This document shows positions 43,098 through 53,277 of a DNA stretch of 64,000 nt, piece by piece. Position numbers and translations under genes: made by a program. Each line of letters starts with the position of its first letter. Position 1 is the first letter of the stretch. Source of the stretch: Acidobacteriota bacterium (lineage in GTDB: Bacteria > Acidobacteriota > UBA6911 > JACQSX01). The notes under the pieces were generated by a model. That model saw only the letters and a program-made list of their open reading frames with translations. It made no database searches and was not told the DNA's origin. The stretch lies in assembly GCA_036507075.1 (NCBI GenBank), contig DASXQR010000048.1, positions 1-64,000 on the forward strand, in the 5' to 3' direction.

Positions 43098-44102
43098 ATG
43101 GAAAAAGTCGATGTTGCAATTGTCGGCGCCGGACCTGCGGGACTGGCGTGCGGCATCGAAGCAGAACGCAACGGGGCCAGCTACATGATCGTGGAAAAGG
43201 GCTGCCTGGTAAATTCGATCTTTCACTATCCCCGCGACATGGTGTTTTTTACCACGGCAGACCTGCTCGAAATCGGCGACGTTGCCTGGGTGTTTTCGCC
43301 TTCGGAAAAACCGCGACGTCATGATGGGCTGGACTACTACCGGCGGGTGGTCGACAGGTGGAATTTGAACATCCGCGACTACACACGCGTCTTGAGCGTT
43401 GACGGCCAAAAGGACCGCTTCCGCCTCATGCTGAAGCCGGAAGACCTCAATGGAAATTCAAGCGTGGAGATGATCGAAGCCAGGCGTGTGATTCTTGCCA
43501 TCGGTTATTATGACAACCCGAATTACATTGGCATCCCAGGTGAAGACCTGCCGAAAGTTTCGCATTACTTTGACGAGGTTCACCCATTCTTTCGGAAAAA
43601 GGTCGCCGTCATCGGCGCCAAGAACTCGGCCGCACAGGCGGCTTTGCTGCTCTACCGCAGCGGGGCTGAAGTCACCTTGATTCATCGCGGAGCCGAGTTG
43701 AGCACTCAAATCAAATACTGGATCCTGCCCGACATCCAGAATCGGATTAAAAACAAGCAGGTACGAGCGCTGTTCAACACTGTCGTTACCCGCATTGAAC
43801 CAAAGAGAATCTGGGTCAGGACGGGGGAGGAGGAGGAAGCGCTGGAGAATGATTATGTGTTTGCGTTGACCGGTTATCATCCGGACAACGATTTTATGAG
43901 TCGCATCGGTGTGGCCATCGATCCGGAAACCTGCGCCCCCCAGCACGACCCGGAAACGCTGGAGACAAACGTCCCTGGCATTTATGTCGCGGGTGGAATG
44001 GTTTCCGGGAAATTCACCAACAAGATTTTCATTGAAAACGGCCGCTTCCACGGTACTCAGATCTTCGATTCCCCCGGCTTCAGGGACATCGGACGGCGCT
44101 AG
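43098..44102 (+). CDS. ypdA: YpdA family FAD-dependent oxidoreductase (putative bacillithiol disulfide reductase)
   Basis: IVGAGPAG, EKGCLVNSIFHYP..M.FFT, GYYDNPN..IPGEDL.KVSHY, KYWILPD, FIENGRFH. Confidence 0.9.
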   Translation: MEKVDVAIVGAGPAGLACGIEAERNGASYMIVEKGCLVNSIFHYPRDMVFFTTADLLEIGDVAWVFSPSEKPRRHDGLDYYRRVVDRWNLNIRDYTRVLSVDGQKDRFRLMLKPEDLNGNSSVEMIEARRVILAIGYYDNPNYIGIPGEDLPKVSHYFDEVHPFFRKKVAVIGAKNSAAQAALLLYRSGAEVTLIHRGAELSTQIKYWILPDIQNRIKNKQVRALFNTVVTRIEPKRIWVRTGEEEEALENDYVFALTGYHPDNDFMSRIGVAIDPETCAPQHDPETLETNVPGIYVAGGMVSGKFTNKIFIENGRFHGTQIFDSPGFRDIGRR

Positions 44103-44135
44103 CCTGGATTGGGCAAGATCGGTTTATGCGATTGG

Positions 44136-44345
44136 CACCACAAAGACACGGCGCAGCAGACCGCAACCGAGTAAAAGCCGTCGACGTCTAAGTGCAGGTG
44201 ACACGTCAACGTCTACGTCTACGCTTACGTCACGCTTACGTCGGCGCTAAATAGTATGATTTTGATTGGCCGTCCTCGTGAACGTCGGCCGCGGACGTTG
44301 ACGTGTCACCTGCACGTAGACGTCGACGGCTGTCTGCTTTCGTCG
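44136..44345 (-). mobile_element. Composite element family A (right end plus 6-mer palindrome)
   Basis: CACCACAAAGACAC-GGCGCAGCAGACCGCAACC-GAGTAAAAGCCGTCGACGTC ... GACGTCGACGGC. Confidence 0.6.
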
Positions 44346-44361
44346 GTAGAATTCTACAGGC

Positions 44362-46014
44362 TCATTTCCTTTCATAAACGACCACCTGGAAAGGAGCTTC
44401 GTTTCCCTGGAAGAACCGGTCCCGCGGGTCCTTGCTGGTCTCGCAGTACCGGAGAATCCGAAATTGATTGGGCCGAAAGAAATCGGGAAAAATCCGGGCA
44501 TCCCTGCCGAAAAAATGCGAGTCCCACAGAACAATCGTGCCGGGTGAAGTCATTGGAAGGCTGGTCTCCAGGTCGCGATAACCGTTGGCGACGTAAAAAG
44601 AGTCCAGACCCGACAGATCAAAGGGATCTCGCTGCACGGCAAGCCAGAACGAGGGATAAAGCACGATCACCGGCCTTGTTCTCAGGTCGCCCCGCGTAAA
44701 CCACCCTCCGACATCTGCCCAGATCCAGTCTGTTGCGCGAAGGTTGTCGGGCTTTACCCAGCGAGCCAGACTCGCGAGAGACAAAAGCAGCAGAGTCACG
44801 CTGGCAAGCGTCCGTCCCAACTTCCAGCTCCATCGACTTTGCATCACCGCTATGCCTGAGACCATCCACGACGCAACCAGATGAAAGCGCGACACCGGCG
44901 AGCCGGGCATCAGATGCCATGCCGTCATACAGGCCGTTTGCAGCAAAATCACGACAATAAAAAATCCGTAGAGCGTTGGGCGCTTCCATGACAATCCAAA
45001 ATACCGCTGCCCCATCTCAAAGAGGATCTCTTCACCCTGCGCCGCGATCACTCCCAGCAGCGGCGCAACCCCTGCAAAAAACCGCAGGTAGAAGGCCTCG
45101 TTCGAGTCGATGTAGCCGAGCATTCCACTGGCATAGACCCCAACCTGCAGCGCGACGTAGATCAAGGCGAGCGCGCAGATAAGCCGGTTGCGCCTTGACA
45201 ACAGTCCGCTCAGCAGCCCAAGGGTTAATAGTGGCAGGACCGCCGGGCCCACAACTGTCGGCCAGTAAAGGAAGTAGTCGAACCAGCGGTGACCCCAGGA
45301 TAGATTCCGCGTCGCTGCCCAGTAAGGGTTGTAGCTCCAAAGATAAAAGGGATCGCCGGTCACCGCCATTCCTGCGATGTTCCAAAGCAGCGGAAAAAAC
45401 AGCAGAAACGGAGTGACGCGGAATTTCCGGCGCCAGACCAGCATAAGAAACCAAAATCCCAGGAATACAAACCCTTCAATTCTGGCCGCCGGCAACAGAG
45501 AAATCACCAGGGCTGATGACAGAAACTTTCCACGCATGTAAAGCAGTGCCCCGCCCGCCAGCAGCAGACCGAAGAGGGGCTCGGTCAAAGTCCCATAGGA
45601 AAGCTGAAGGAAGAGCGGCTGAACTGCCGTGAAGGCAGCCGCCAGCCAGGGACGACTTATCCCTGAGACGCGGGCAATTTCTGCCGCCATGTAACAGGCC
45701 AGCAATGAAACCAGGATGTTGAACCACCGCGCCGCACCCATTCCAAAATATGCCAGCGGCGATGACAGGATGGTGTAGGCAGGCCGTCCCCAGATGTCCG
45801 ACAACAGATAAAAATGCGACCAGACGTAGCGCGCCTTCAGATAATGACTCACGTCATCTTCAGAGAACACACTTTGCGACTGTGACGCATAGAACGCCGA
45901 CAAAATCAGAAATACGGCGAGCACCAAAGCGAGCGGAAGATTCCATGAATGCAAGACCGACTTTGTTTCCAAGGAAGGCTTCGGTACTGCAACTTGAACT
46001 GTTAGCCGGGACAT
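44362..46014 (-). CDS. Multi-pass membrane protein, GT-C glycosyltransferase-like
   Basis: EDDVSHY..AR, WGRP.YT, LTEPLF, AARIEG. Start moved to ATG 46014 because the upstream part of the ORF call runs into repeats. Confidence 0.7.
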   Translation of the reverse strand: MSRLTVQVAVPKPSLETKSVLHSWNLPLALVLAVFLILSAFYASQSQSVFSEDDVSHYLKARYVWSHFYLLSDIWGRPAYTILSSPLAYFGMGAARWFNILVSLLACYMAAEIARVSGISRPWLAAAFTAVQPLFLQLSYGTLTEPLFGLLLAGGALLYMRGKFLSSALVISLLPAARIEGFVFLGFWFLMLVWRRKFRVTPFLLFFPLLWNIAGMAVTGDPFYLWSYNPYWAATRNLSWGHRWFDYFLYWPTVVGPAVLPLLTLGLLSGLLSRRNRLICALALIYVALQVGVYASGMLGYIDSNEAFYLRFFAGVAPLLGVIAAQGEEILFEMGQRYFGLSWKRPTLYGFFIVVILLQTACMTAWHLMPGSPVSRFHLVASWMVSGIAVMQSRWSWKLGRTLASVTLLLLSLASLARWVKPDNLRATDWIWADVGGWFTRGDLRTRPVIVLYPSFWLAVQRDPFDLSGLDSFYVANGYRDLETSLPMTSPGTIVLWDSHFFGRDARIFPDFFRPNQFRILRYCETSKDPRDRFFQGNEAPFQVVVYERK

Positions 46015-46224
46015 AGGCGGTCCTAATTTAACCTGCCGCGGTCTGTATTGAAAATCCCGGAACGGAGAATTTCCCAGCCGGGCGACGGCGCACCCGCCCG
46101 GCTTGCCGACTTGGTATTTCCAAGGAGAGCTGCATTGGATAGAATCGGCAACGTCTTCATTTCGGACTGAATCAACAAGGTGGTGCGAGTGATACGTTTC
46201 GCTGCGGCGAGGCTGTGATGATCT

Positions 46225-46436
46225 CCCTGTGTCCTCTGTGCCCCTGTGGTGGAACAAGTTCACCACAGGGGCTTAGCGCGGCGAAGCCGCAACCAAAAGT
46301 CAAGGAGAGACGGCCTGAGGGCCGTCTCTCTGCGGCGCCCTGCCAAGCTGAGACGGCCCTCAGGCCGTCTCTCCGCCCCGAATAATTTGCGCAGGCCGCG
46401 AAAATTCTCAGGGTTAGTAGTACAGGGGACACAGAG
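46225..46436 (-). mobile_element. Composite element family B inserted in a 9-mer inverted repeat
   Basis: Inverted near-identical copy of 12079-12308, lacking the third palindrome. Confidence 0.75.
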
Positions 46437-46455
46437 AGAGATTGCGGGGACGATT

Positions 46456-49400
46456 ATGAAAAGACAATTCGCTCAAATTTTTTGCGCAGCCGTACTGGCA
46501 GGCGCCGCGGGAATCGCTTCTGGTCAAAACGGGGTGGATCAATCCAGCGGCCCGATTGACGAAAAGATCCTGGGTAATCTGGAGTGGCGCAGCATCGGGC
46601 CGGCCAATATGGGAGGACGAACTTCAGACATTGAAGGCGTTCCCGGGAACCCGAACCTCGTCTTCGTGGCGACGGCATCCGGAGGGATATGGAAGACCGT
46701 GAACGGCGGAGTCTCGTGGAAGCCGATCTTCGACCGGCAGAGCGTCCTTTCTTTCGGAGATATCGCGATTGATCCCAACAACCCCGATGTCATCTGGGCC
46801 GGGACAGGGGAAGCGGCCACGCGCAACAGCATCTCGTTCGGCAACGGGGTTTATAAATCGACCGACGGCGGATCGACCTGGCAGCACCTGGGTTTGAAAG
46901 ATACCGAGCGAATTTCGCGCATTCTGATACATCCCGGCAACACAGAGACCGTTTATGTCGCTGCGGTGGGTCACGCTTTCGGACCGAATCCCGAACGCGG
47001 GGTATTCAAGACAACAGACGGCGGAAAGACCTGGCAGAAGGTGTTATATATCGACGATCAGCATGGCGCGGCTGATCTGGACATTGATCCCTCCAACCCC
47101 AACATTCTTTATGCCGCCATGTGGAGCTTCGAGCGCAAACCATGGACCTTCCGCAGCGGAAGCGAAAAAGGCGGCGTGTACCGGTCTATCGACGGAGGCC
47201 AAACCTGGCAGAAGCTCACCAAAGGATTACCCCAACTGATGGGACGCATCGGCGTCAAGGTTGCGCCCAGCAACTCCCAGGTGGTCTATGTAATCGCCGA
47301 GGCGAAGGATGGCACGCTTTATCGCTCGGATGACAGGGGTGACAATTTTCGCCGCGTTTCGAATGAAGCGCGCATCGTATCGCGTGGCTTTTACTATACT
47401 CAGATTCGTGTGGACCCCTCCAACGAAGATCGCGTCTACGCGGTAGCATCAACCCTCTTTTTGTCGGTCGACGGCGGCAAGACTTTTCGCTCCATCAGCG
47501 CAAAAACACATATAGATTTTCACGCCTTCTGGATCGATTCGAAAAATCCGAACCGCATGTGGCAGGGCCAGGATGGGGGCATCGCGGTTTCCTATGATCG
47601 GGGAGAACGCTGGGAGTATGTGAACAACTTCCCCATCGGCCAGTTCTATCACGTCCACGCCGACAACCGCGTTCCCTTCTATTACTTGATGGGCGGGCTG
47701 CAGGACAACGGCAGTTGGGCGGGTCCCAGCCGCACGCGCGAGCCGGCGGGAATTCTCAATGACGATTGGCGGATGGTCAGCTTCGGCGACGGCTTCGGAA
47801 TGATCAACAAGTGGGACGAGCCGGACATCTATCTTTCCGAATCGCAGGGTGGAAGCATTGTGCGCACCGATTTTCGCACCAGAGAACAGCAATTGGTGCG
47901 GCCGTACGTGGGCGGCAGCGGCGGTCCGGCCTCAGACAGCAAGTACCGTTTTAACTGGGATGCGCCTCTGGTGGTTTCGCCTCATGACCGGGACACGGTG
48001 TACCTGGGCGGGAACGTGCTGTTCAAATCCGTCGATTTTGGCAAAACATGGGAGAAGATCAGCCCTGACCTGACCACCAACAACCCGGAAAAGCAAAAAG
48101 AGGCAGGCGGGCCGATTGCGTTTGAAAACACCACGGCCGAATACCATTGCACGCTGATCAGCGTAGCCGAATCTCCGGCGCGGGCGGGGATGCTCTGGGC
48201 TGGGACAGACGACGGCAATCTCCAGCTCACCAGCGACGGAGGGAAAACATGGACCAATCTGATCGCCAACGTTACAGGTCTGAAAGCCGACTCTCCGGTG
48301 TCACATATTGAGCCTTCGCGCACCGGCGCCGGAGTGGCATACGCTGCGTTTGATCGCCACATGTTCGACGATTTCCGGCCTTACATTTTCAAGACCACCG
48401 ACGGCGGCCGCAGTTGGTCAAAAATCAGCGAATCCATACCGATGGGAGCTTACGTTCAGGTGGTGCGCGAGGACCCCCGGAATCCCCGCTTGATTTACGC
48501 GGGGACGGAGCTCGGCCTGTTTGCATCCTATGACGGCGGAGGAAATTGGATTCGGCTCAATCTTAAGAATTTGCCCCCGGTCTCGATTCATGACATCGTG
48601 GTGCACCCGCGCGAGAACGATCTGATTGTAGCCACCCATGGGCGCAGCCTTTGGATTTTCGACGATGCGTCGCCCCTCCAGCAGCTCGGCGCCGGCATTC
48701 TGGCATCGGACGCATACCTTTTTGACATTCGACCGGCGCTGCGCTTTACCACTCGATTCACGCGTTACGGGATCGGAGACAAGGCCTTCACCGGCTCCAA
48801 TCCGGCATACGGCGCGCTGATCACCTACTACCTGAAAGAGAAGGTGGACGACAAAACCACAGTGAAACTGCAGATTGTGGACGGCAGCGGAAAATCAGTG
48901 AGAGAAATAAAGGACATTCCCAGGGAGAAAGGTTTGAACCGCGCGTCCTGGGATCTGAAACTGCAGGCGGCCGAGCTGCGTCGGCCTCCCGCGGAAGAAG
49001 AGACCGCCTTCAGCGGCCCGCCGCGCGGGCCGCAGGCCCTTCCCGGCGTTTACACTGTCAGGCTGCTGGTGGGCGACAAGTCTCTGGAGAAGCGGCTGGA
49101 GGTGCGCCTGGACCCAAGCATCCAGGTCCCGGCGGCGGATCTGCAGATACAGTTCGATCATGCCTTGAAGCTGCGCGACATGCAGGCCGCGGCGAATACC
49201 GCGCTGCGGGCGATCGACAGTATTCGCGATCAACTGCGGCAGATCGAGAAAACCATCAAAGACAGAGCGCCTGATGCCCCAAAAGAGTTGACCGATGCAA
49301 TTCCTGATGACTTGAAACAATTGGATGCTTTGGAATCGAAGCTGTCCAGCCCGCGCGAAGGTCTCGGCTATCGCGGACGCTCGCAACTGGCCGAAAAACT

Positions 49401-49617
49401 CAGCTCTCTTTTGCAGTCGATCGACGGCGTTAATGCTGCCCCTACACCTGCGCAAAGAGAGTTTTTCGGTGAGTTACAAGGGGAATTCAAAGAGAGAATG
49501 GCGGAAGTGAATAAGTTCATCTCGCAAACGATTCCGCAGTGGAATGAAGCCCTGAAGCGTCACAACGCGCCGATACTGATTCCGGGCAAGCCGGTGGAGA
49601 TTTCCTCCAAAAATTGA
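46456..49617 (+). CDS. Exported VPS10/BNR (Asp-box) beta-propeller glycosyl hydrolase-like protein
   Basis: Signal peptide MKRQF..., WRSIGPANMGGR, repeated S/T.DGG.TW boxes, GGLQDNG. Confidence 0.88.
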   Translation: MKRQFAQIFCAAVLAGAAGIASGQNGVDQSSGPIDEKILGNLEWRSIGPANMGGRTSDIEGVPGNPNLVFVATASGGIWKTVNGGVSWKPIFDRQSVLSFGDIAIDPNNPDVIWAGTGEAATRNSISFGNGVYKSTDGGSTWQHLGLKDTERISRILIHPGNTETVYVAAVGHAFGPNPERGVFKTTDGGKTWQKVLYIDDQHGAADLDIDPSNPNILYAAMWSFERKPWTFRSGSEKGGVYRSIDGGQTWQKLTKGLPQLMGRIGVKVAPSNSQVVYVIAEAKDGTLYRSDDRGDNFRRVSNEARIVSRGFYYTQIRVDPSNEDRVYAVASTLFLSVDGGKTFRSISAKTHIDFHAFWIDSKNPNRMWQGQDGGIAVSYDRGERWEYVNNFPIGQFYHVHADNRVPFYYLMGGLQDNGSWAGPSRTREPAGILNDDWRMVSFGDGFGMINKWDEPDIYLSESQGGSIVRTDFRTREQQLVRPYVGGSGGPASDSKYRFNWDAPLVVSPHDRDTVYLGGNVLFKSVDFGKTWEKISPDLTTNNPEKQKEAGGPIAFENTTAEYHCTLISVAESPARAGMLWAGTDDGNLQLTSDGGKTWTNLIANVTGLKADSPVSHIEPSRTGAGVAYAAFDRHMFDDFRPYIFKTTDGGRSWSKISESIPMGAYVQVVREDPRNPRLIYAGTELGLFASYDGGGNWIRLNLKNLPPVSIHDIVVHPRENDLIVATHGRSLWIFDDASPLQQLGAGILASDAYLFDIRPALRFTTRFTRYGIGDKAFTGSNPAYGALITYYLKEKVDDKTTVKLQIVDGSGKSVREIKDIPREKGLNRASWDLKLQAAELRRPPAEEETAFSGPPRGPQALPGVYTVRLLVGDKSLEKRLEVRLDPSIQVPAADLQIQFDHALKLRDMQAAANTALRAIDSIRDQLRQIEKTIKDRAPDAPKELTDAIPDDLKQLDALESKLSSPREGLGYRGRSQLAEKLSSLLQSIDGVNAAPTPAQREFFGELQGEFKERMAEVNKFISQTIPQWNEALKRHNAPILIPGKPVEISSKN

Positions 49618-49676
49618 ACTAGCCGCCGATTTACACGAATTGACTCGGATAGAAATCGGCCGCTGATTTACGCGAA

Positions 49677-50834
49677 TTAACACGGAGGAATATCGGGACC
49701 GAAGAATCTCCGTGCGGTCTCCACCAGTATTGCCGCGCATTTCACAACCGAATCAAGATCCACCCATTCCACGGCTTCATGCGCCCCCGCCCCAGAAGGC
49801 CCGTAATTGACAGTCGGGATTCCGGCCGCCGAGAAGATCGCGGCATCCATCCAGTAGCCGACACCTGCGTCTTCCGGTGTTTCTCCTGTGACAGATCGAA
49901 CACCTTCTCGCAAACAAGACGCAATCCGGGAGTCTGAGGCGCATTTTAACGGAGGACGGTCCAGCAGGCATCGGATGTCCGCTTCTTCGCCCGCGTCGCG
50001 AACCACCGAAGCGAGCTCCTGTAAAACCATCGCTGTCGTTTCTCCCGGAAGAGTTCTGCGCTCCACTTGTACAGTGCATTGCTCGGAATAGGTCGAAAGC
50101 CCGCTGCCTCCGTGGATGAGAGCACAATGCTGCGAGGCAGGTCCTACCAGCGAGTCGGCACGGCGGCGAAGTTCTTCCTGATCAAAGCGCTCCAGCGCGG
50201 CGATGATGCGGCCCATTTTCCCGATCGCGCTCACCCCGAGATCCCAGCGGCTGCCATGGGCCGCTTTCCCTCTGGTGGTGATTTCAGCCCAGACAAAACC
50301 CTTGTGCCCCAGAATGAGCCGGCCCTCGCTCGGTTCGGTTACGATTGCGGCATCGGCTTTATGCCGCGCCACAAAATCACGCGCGCCTGCGCTGGCGTAT
50401 TCTTCATCCGCCACCAGGGCAACCAGAACCGTTCCGTCCAGAGCCGTTTGACCGAGCGCCGCCGCTGCCGCCATCACCGCCGCTACGCTTCCTTTCATGT
50501 CATAGCTTCCCCTGCCATAGACACGATTCCCTTCCACTCGAGGTTCAAACGGGGGGATCGACATTCCGCCGGTTGCGACCGTGTCCAGGTGCGCGCAAAA
50601 AACCAGCGCGGGCGAGCCATCGCCCACCTGGGCGACGGCATTGGGACGCGCGGGGGCCGCCTCCTCCAGCCAACTCTTGATGCCATGACTCGCGAACCAG
50701 TCCTGTGCCAGCGCTGCAATTTTTCCTTCTCCGTACGCCTCTTCGGCTGCCAGGTCCGGGTTTACCGAAGGCGTACGGATCAACTGCTGCAGCAGCTCCA
50801 GGATAGAATCGCGGGATAGTGGGCCCTTTGTCAC
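49677..50834 (-). CDS. ArgE/DapE family M20 deacylase
   Basis: AHLDTV, YGRGSYDMKG, ADEEYAS, VTEPS, AAHGS, GAHEAVEWV. Confidence 0.9.
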   Translation of the reverse strand: MTKGPLSRDSILELLQQLIRTPSVNPDLAAEEAYGEGKIAALAQDWFASHGIKSWLEEAAPARPNAVAQVGDGSPALVFCAHLDTVATGGMSIPPFEPRVEGNRVYGRGSYDMKGSVAAVMAAAAALGQTALDGTVLVALVADEEYASAGARDFVARHKADAAIVTEPSEGRLILGHKGFVWAEITTRGKAAHGSRWDLGVSAIGKMGRIIAALERFDQEELRRRADSLVGPASQHCALIHGGSGLSTYSEQCTVQVERRTLPGETTAMVLQELASVVRDAGEEADIRCLLDRPPLKCASDSRIASCLREGVRSVTGETPEDAGVGYWMDAAIFSAAGIPTVNYGPSGAGAHEAVEWVDLDSVVKCAAILVETARRFFGPDIPPC

Positions 50835-50933
50835 AGCCGATTCCGTTTCGAGTTGAGCCGCGCCAGGCTGGCGCCTGGATTCCTTGATGCCGGCATTTGT
50901 ACGAAAAAGGGCTGCAGGATTGCTTCAGCGCTT

Positions 50934-51013
50934 TCACCGCAGAGCCGCAAAGGCCGCCAAGGCACGCAGAGCAACTCTGCGAACCTTTGCGATCTCTGTG
51001 CCTCTTCGGTGAA
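50934..51013. repeat. 9-mer-type inverted repeat (TTCACCGCAGAG... / ...GGTGAA)
   Basis: Same family at about 40876-40955, 53195-53277 and 56963-57057. Confidence 0.8.
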
Positions 51014-51048
51014 GCCTTCCCGATTCGAGTAGTTTCGCAGAAAACAAA

Positions 51049-53082
51049 TCATTGCGGACGCTGTTCCGAGGGGAAGTACTTCTGGTACCACTTCACCGAA
51101 CGGTCGATCGCATCGACGACGTGTCTGGGTTCGCGCAGGCCGTGGCCTTCCCGCGGGTAACGAACCATCACCGTGTCCACACCCACATCCTTCAGCGCGA
51201 CATAAAACTGCTCGGCCTCCATAATGGGAACATCGTTATCATTTTCGCCGTGCAGCAGCAGCGTCGGCGTGCTCACTTTAGCCACGTGTTTCAGCGCCGA
51301 GCGCTCCCAAAGCACGTCCATCATGTTCCCCTGGTGCGGGAGAATTCCGAATTCCATTTGCTCGTACTGGTTGTAATAGGTTGTGTAGTTGTAGCTGACC
51401 AGATTGATGATCGCAGCCAGCGGAATCGCCGCCTTGAAAATTCGAGTCTGGGTGATCAGCCACGCGCTGAGCTGACCGCCGTAGCTGCCGCCTTCCACTC
51501 CCAGCCGGTCCCGGTCGATCCACAAATTGCGGCGCATCGCGGCGCTCAGGCCGTAAAGCACGTCCTGCGCCTCGTTTCCGTTCTGGTCGCTAAAGACCGC
51601 GTCGGTGAATTTCTGACCATAGCCGGTCGAACCCCGATAATTAACCATCAGTGTGGCCCATCCCAGCGCGGCATATACCTGGTTCTTGAAGTTGAACGCA
51701 GGACCCTGCTGCCCGTGCGGGCCGCCATGGATCACCACGATCAGTGGATGTTTTGATTGGGTTGTCATAGCCAGAGGTCTGGTAAGAAAGGCCTCCATTT
51801 CATACTTATTGTCATTGCTGATGAAGGTAAATGATTCTACCGGTGCAATGGAAACTCCCTGAAACGCTGTGGCATTCAGGTCGGTGACCTGCCGCGCGGG
51901 CGCTTCGTTCTTCTTAAGGTAGAGCTGCGCCAGATCCGTGGGACCGGCGAAAGCATACGCGATGCTGCCGTCCGGCCCGATCGACCATGCTCCAACCGAG
52001 CCGCGGTCATCGATGACGACTTCAGGCTGTTCAGCGGAAACACCCATTCGGTACAAACGTACGTTCCCGCGCTGCTGCACGGTGAACAAAACGGATTTCC
52101 CGTCGGCAGACCACTGAGGAGTTCCCTGGCGATTGTCGATGGCGGCGCCCAGCTCCCGGCGGTTGCTTCCGTCGGCGTCAATCAACCAGACGTGCGTGTC
52201 TTCCATGGTTGTTTCCAGGTCTGTAAGACCACGGCGTGTAGCCAGGTAAGCGATGGTTTTTCCGTCGGGGGACCAGCGCGCACGGTACTCGGCACTCTCG
52301 GTGGCCGTCAACCGTCGCATCGATCCATCCGCCACTTTCAACACCAGCAAGTCATAGTTGAAAAACTGATCTTCATTCGGCTCACGGTTCGAGATGAACG
52401 CGATTTCCTCTCCGGCGGGTGACCAGTCAACGGAATGCTCGTAGTGGTCGCCGCTGGTAAGCTGGCGGCTCCGACCGGAAGCCACGTCCATCAAAAAAAT
52501 GTGCAGCCGGCGGTTATCATTAAATCGCGTCAGCCCTTCATCTGCGTCCGGCTTGTAGAGGTAGCGAGTGATTACAATCGGATCGCCAGTGGCCTCCGAT
52601 GTTTCAGGACCGGGCGTCGACGAAACGTAAGCGATGCGTTTGCCGTCGGGCGCCCAGGCGATCGTTTTGCCGGTGGTGGGAAGCGGGCTGTTGGTCCCGC
52701 TCATTGGCGCGAGAAATCTCACCCCCGAGCCATCGGCGCGGACAATCATCAGGCCTGAATTACTTCCCTGGTGTCCGTCGAATGCAATCCACTGGTTGTC
52801 GGGTGACCACTCGGGATCGGAGCCGCTGTCCTTGTCGCCGCCCACGCGCACCGCTTCCCCGCCGTCGGCCTTCTGAATCCAAATCTGCGAATAGGGTCTT
52901 CCTGTCCTGTCGTTGTTGGAAACGACGTACGCAATCCGGCTTCCATCCGGCGACAATCGCACGTCGGTGACGGATCGAAGCCGGTACAGATCGCCGCTCT
53001 GTAAATTCCGCGCGTGCAGGGCGGACCAGCCCATTGCCGCCCATGGAATGGATAAGAACAGCATTAATTTGCGAAAGAACAT
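51049..53082 (-). CDS. S9 family peptidase (TolB-like propeller plus prolyl oligopeptidase domain), exported
   Basis: WSPDG repeats, IHGGPH, NYRGSTGYG, GGSYGG, HGENDNDV, REGH. Confidence 0.93.
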   Translation of the reverse strand: MFFRKLMLFLSIPWAAMGWSALHARNLQSGDLYRLRSVTDVRLSPDGSRIAYVVSNNDRTGRPYSQIWIQKADGGEAVRVGGDKDSGSDPEWSPDNQWIAFDGHQGSNSGLMIVRADGSGVRFLAPMSGTNSPLPTTGKTIAWAPDGKRIAYVSSTPGPETSEATGDPIVITRYLYKPDADEGLTRFNDNRRLHIFLMDVASGRSRQLTSGDHYEHSVDWSPAGEEIAFISNREPNEDQFFNYDLLVLKVADGSMRRLTATESAEYRARWSPDGKTIAYLATRRGLTDLETTMEDTHVWLIDADGSNRRELGAAIDNRQGTPQWSADGKSVLFTVQQRGNVRLYRMGVSAEQPEVVIDDRGSVGAWSIGPDGSIAYAFAGPTDLAQLYLKKNEAPARQVTDLNATAFQGVSIAPVESFTFISNDNKYEMEAFLTRPLAMTTQSKHPLIVVIHGGPHGQQGPAFNFKNQVYAALGWATLMVNYRGSTGYGQKFTDAVFSDQNGNEAQDVLYGLSAAMRRNLWIDRDRLGVEGGSYGGQLSAWLITQTRIFKAAIPLAAIINLVSYNYTTYYNQYEQMEFGILPHQGNMMDVLWERSALKHVAKVSTPTLLLHGENDNDVPIMEAEQFYVALKDVGVDTVMVRYPREGHGLREPRHVVDAIDRSVKWYQKYFPSEQRPQ

Positions 53083-53277
53083 AGGTCTCCTCTTTTGATC
53101 TGGTAAGTTTACCGGCTAGCTGCCCCGGTGTTCCCAAAAATCGTTTTCAGGCGTCGGGCCCAAATCTAAGGGCGCCTTGACTCGGTAGGCTGCCTTCACC
53201 GCCGAGCCGCCGAGACCGCCGAGGCCGCGCAGAGTTTGCAGCCCAACCTCTGCGAAATCTCAGCGTGCTCTGCGTGG

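Noticed and set aside
46015..46455. Extended N-termini of ORF calls 44362-46266 and 46246-49617 (similarly 7177, 26008, 32725, 59634)
   Set aside because: The extensions run through repeat DNA; downstream ATG/TTG starts give normal domain or signal-peptide beginnings.
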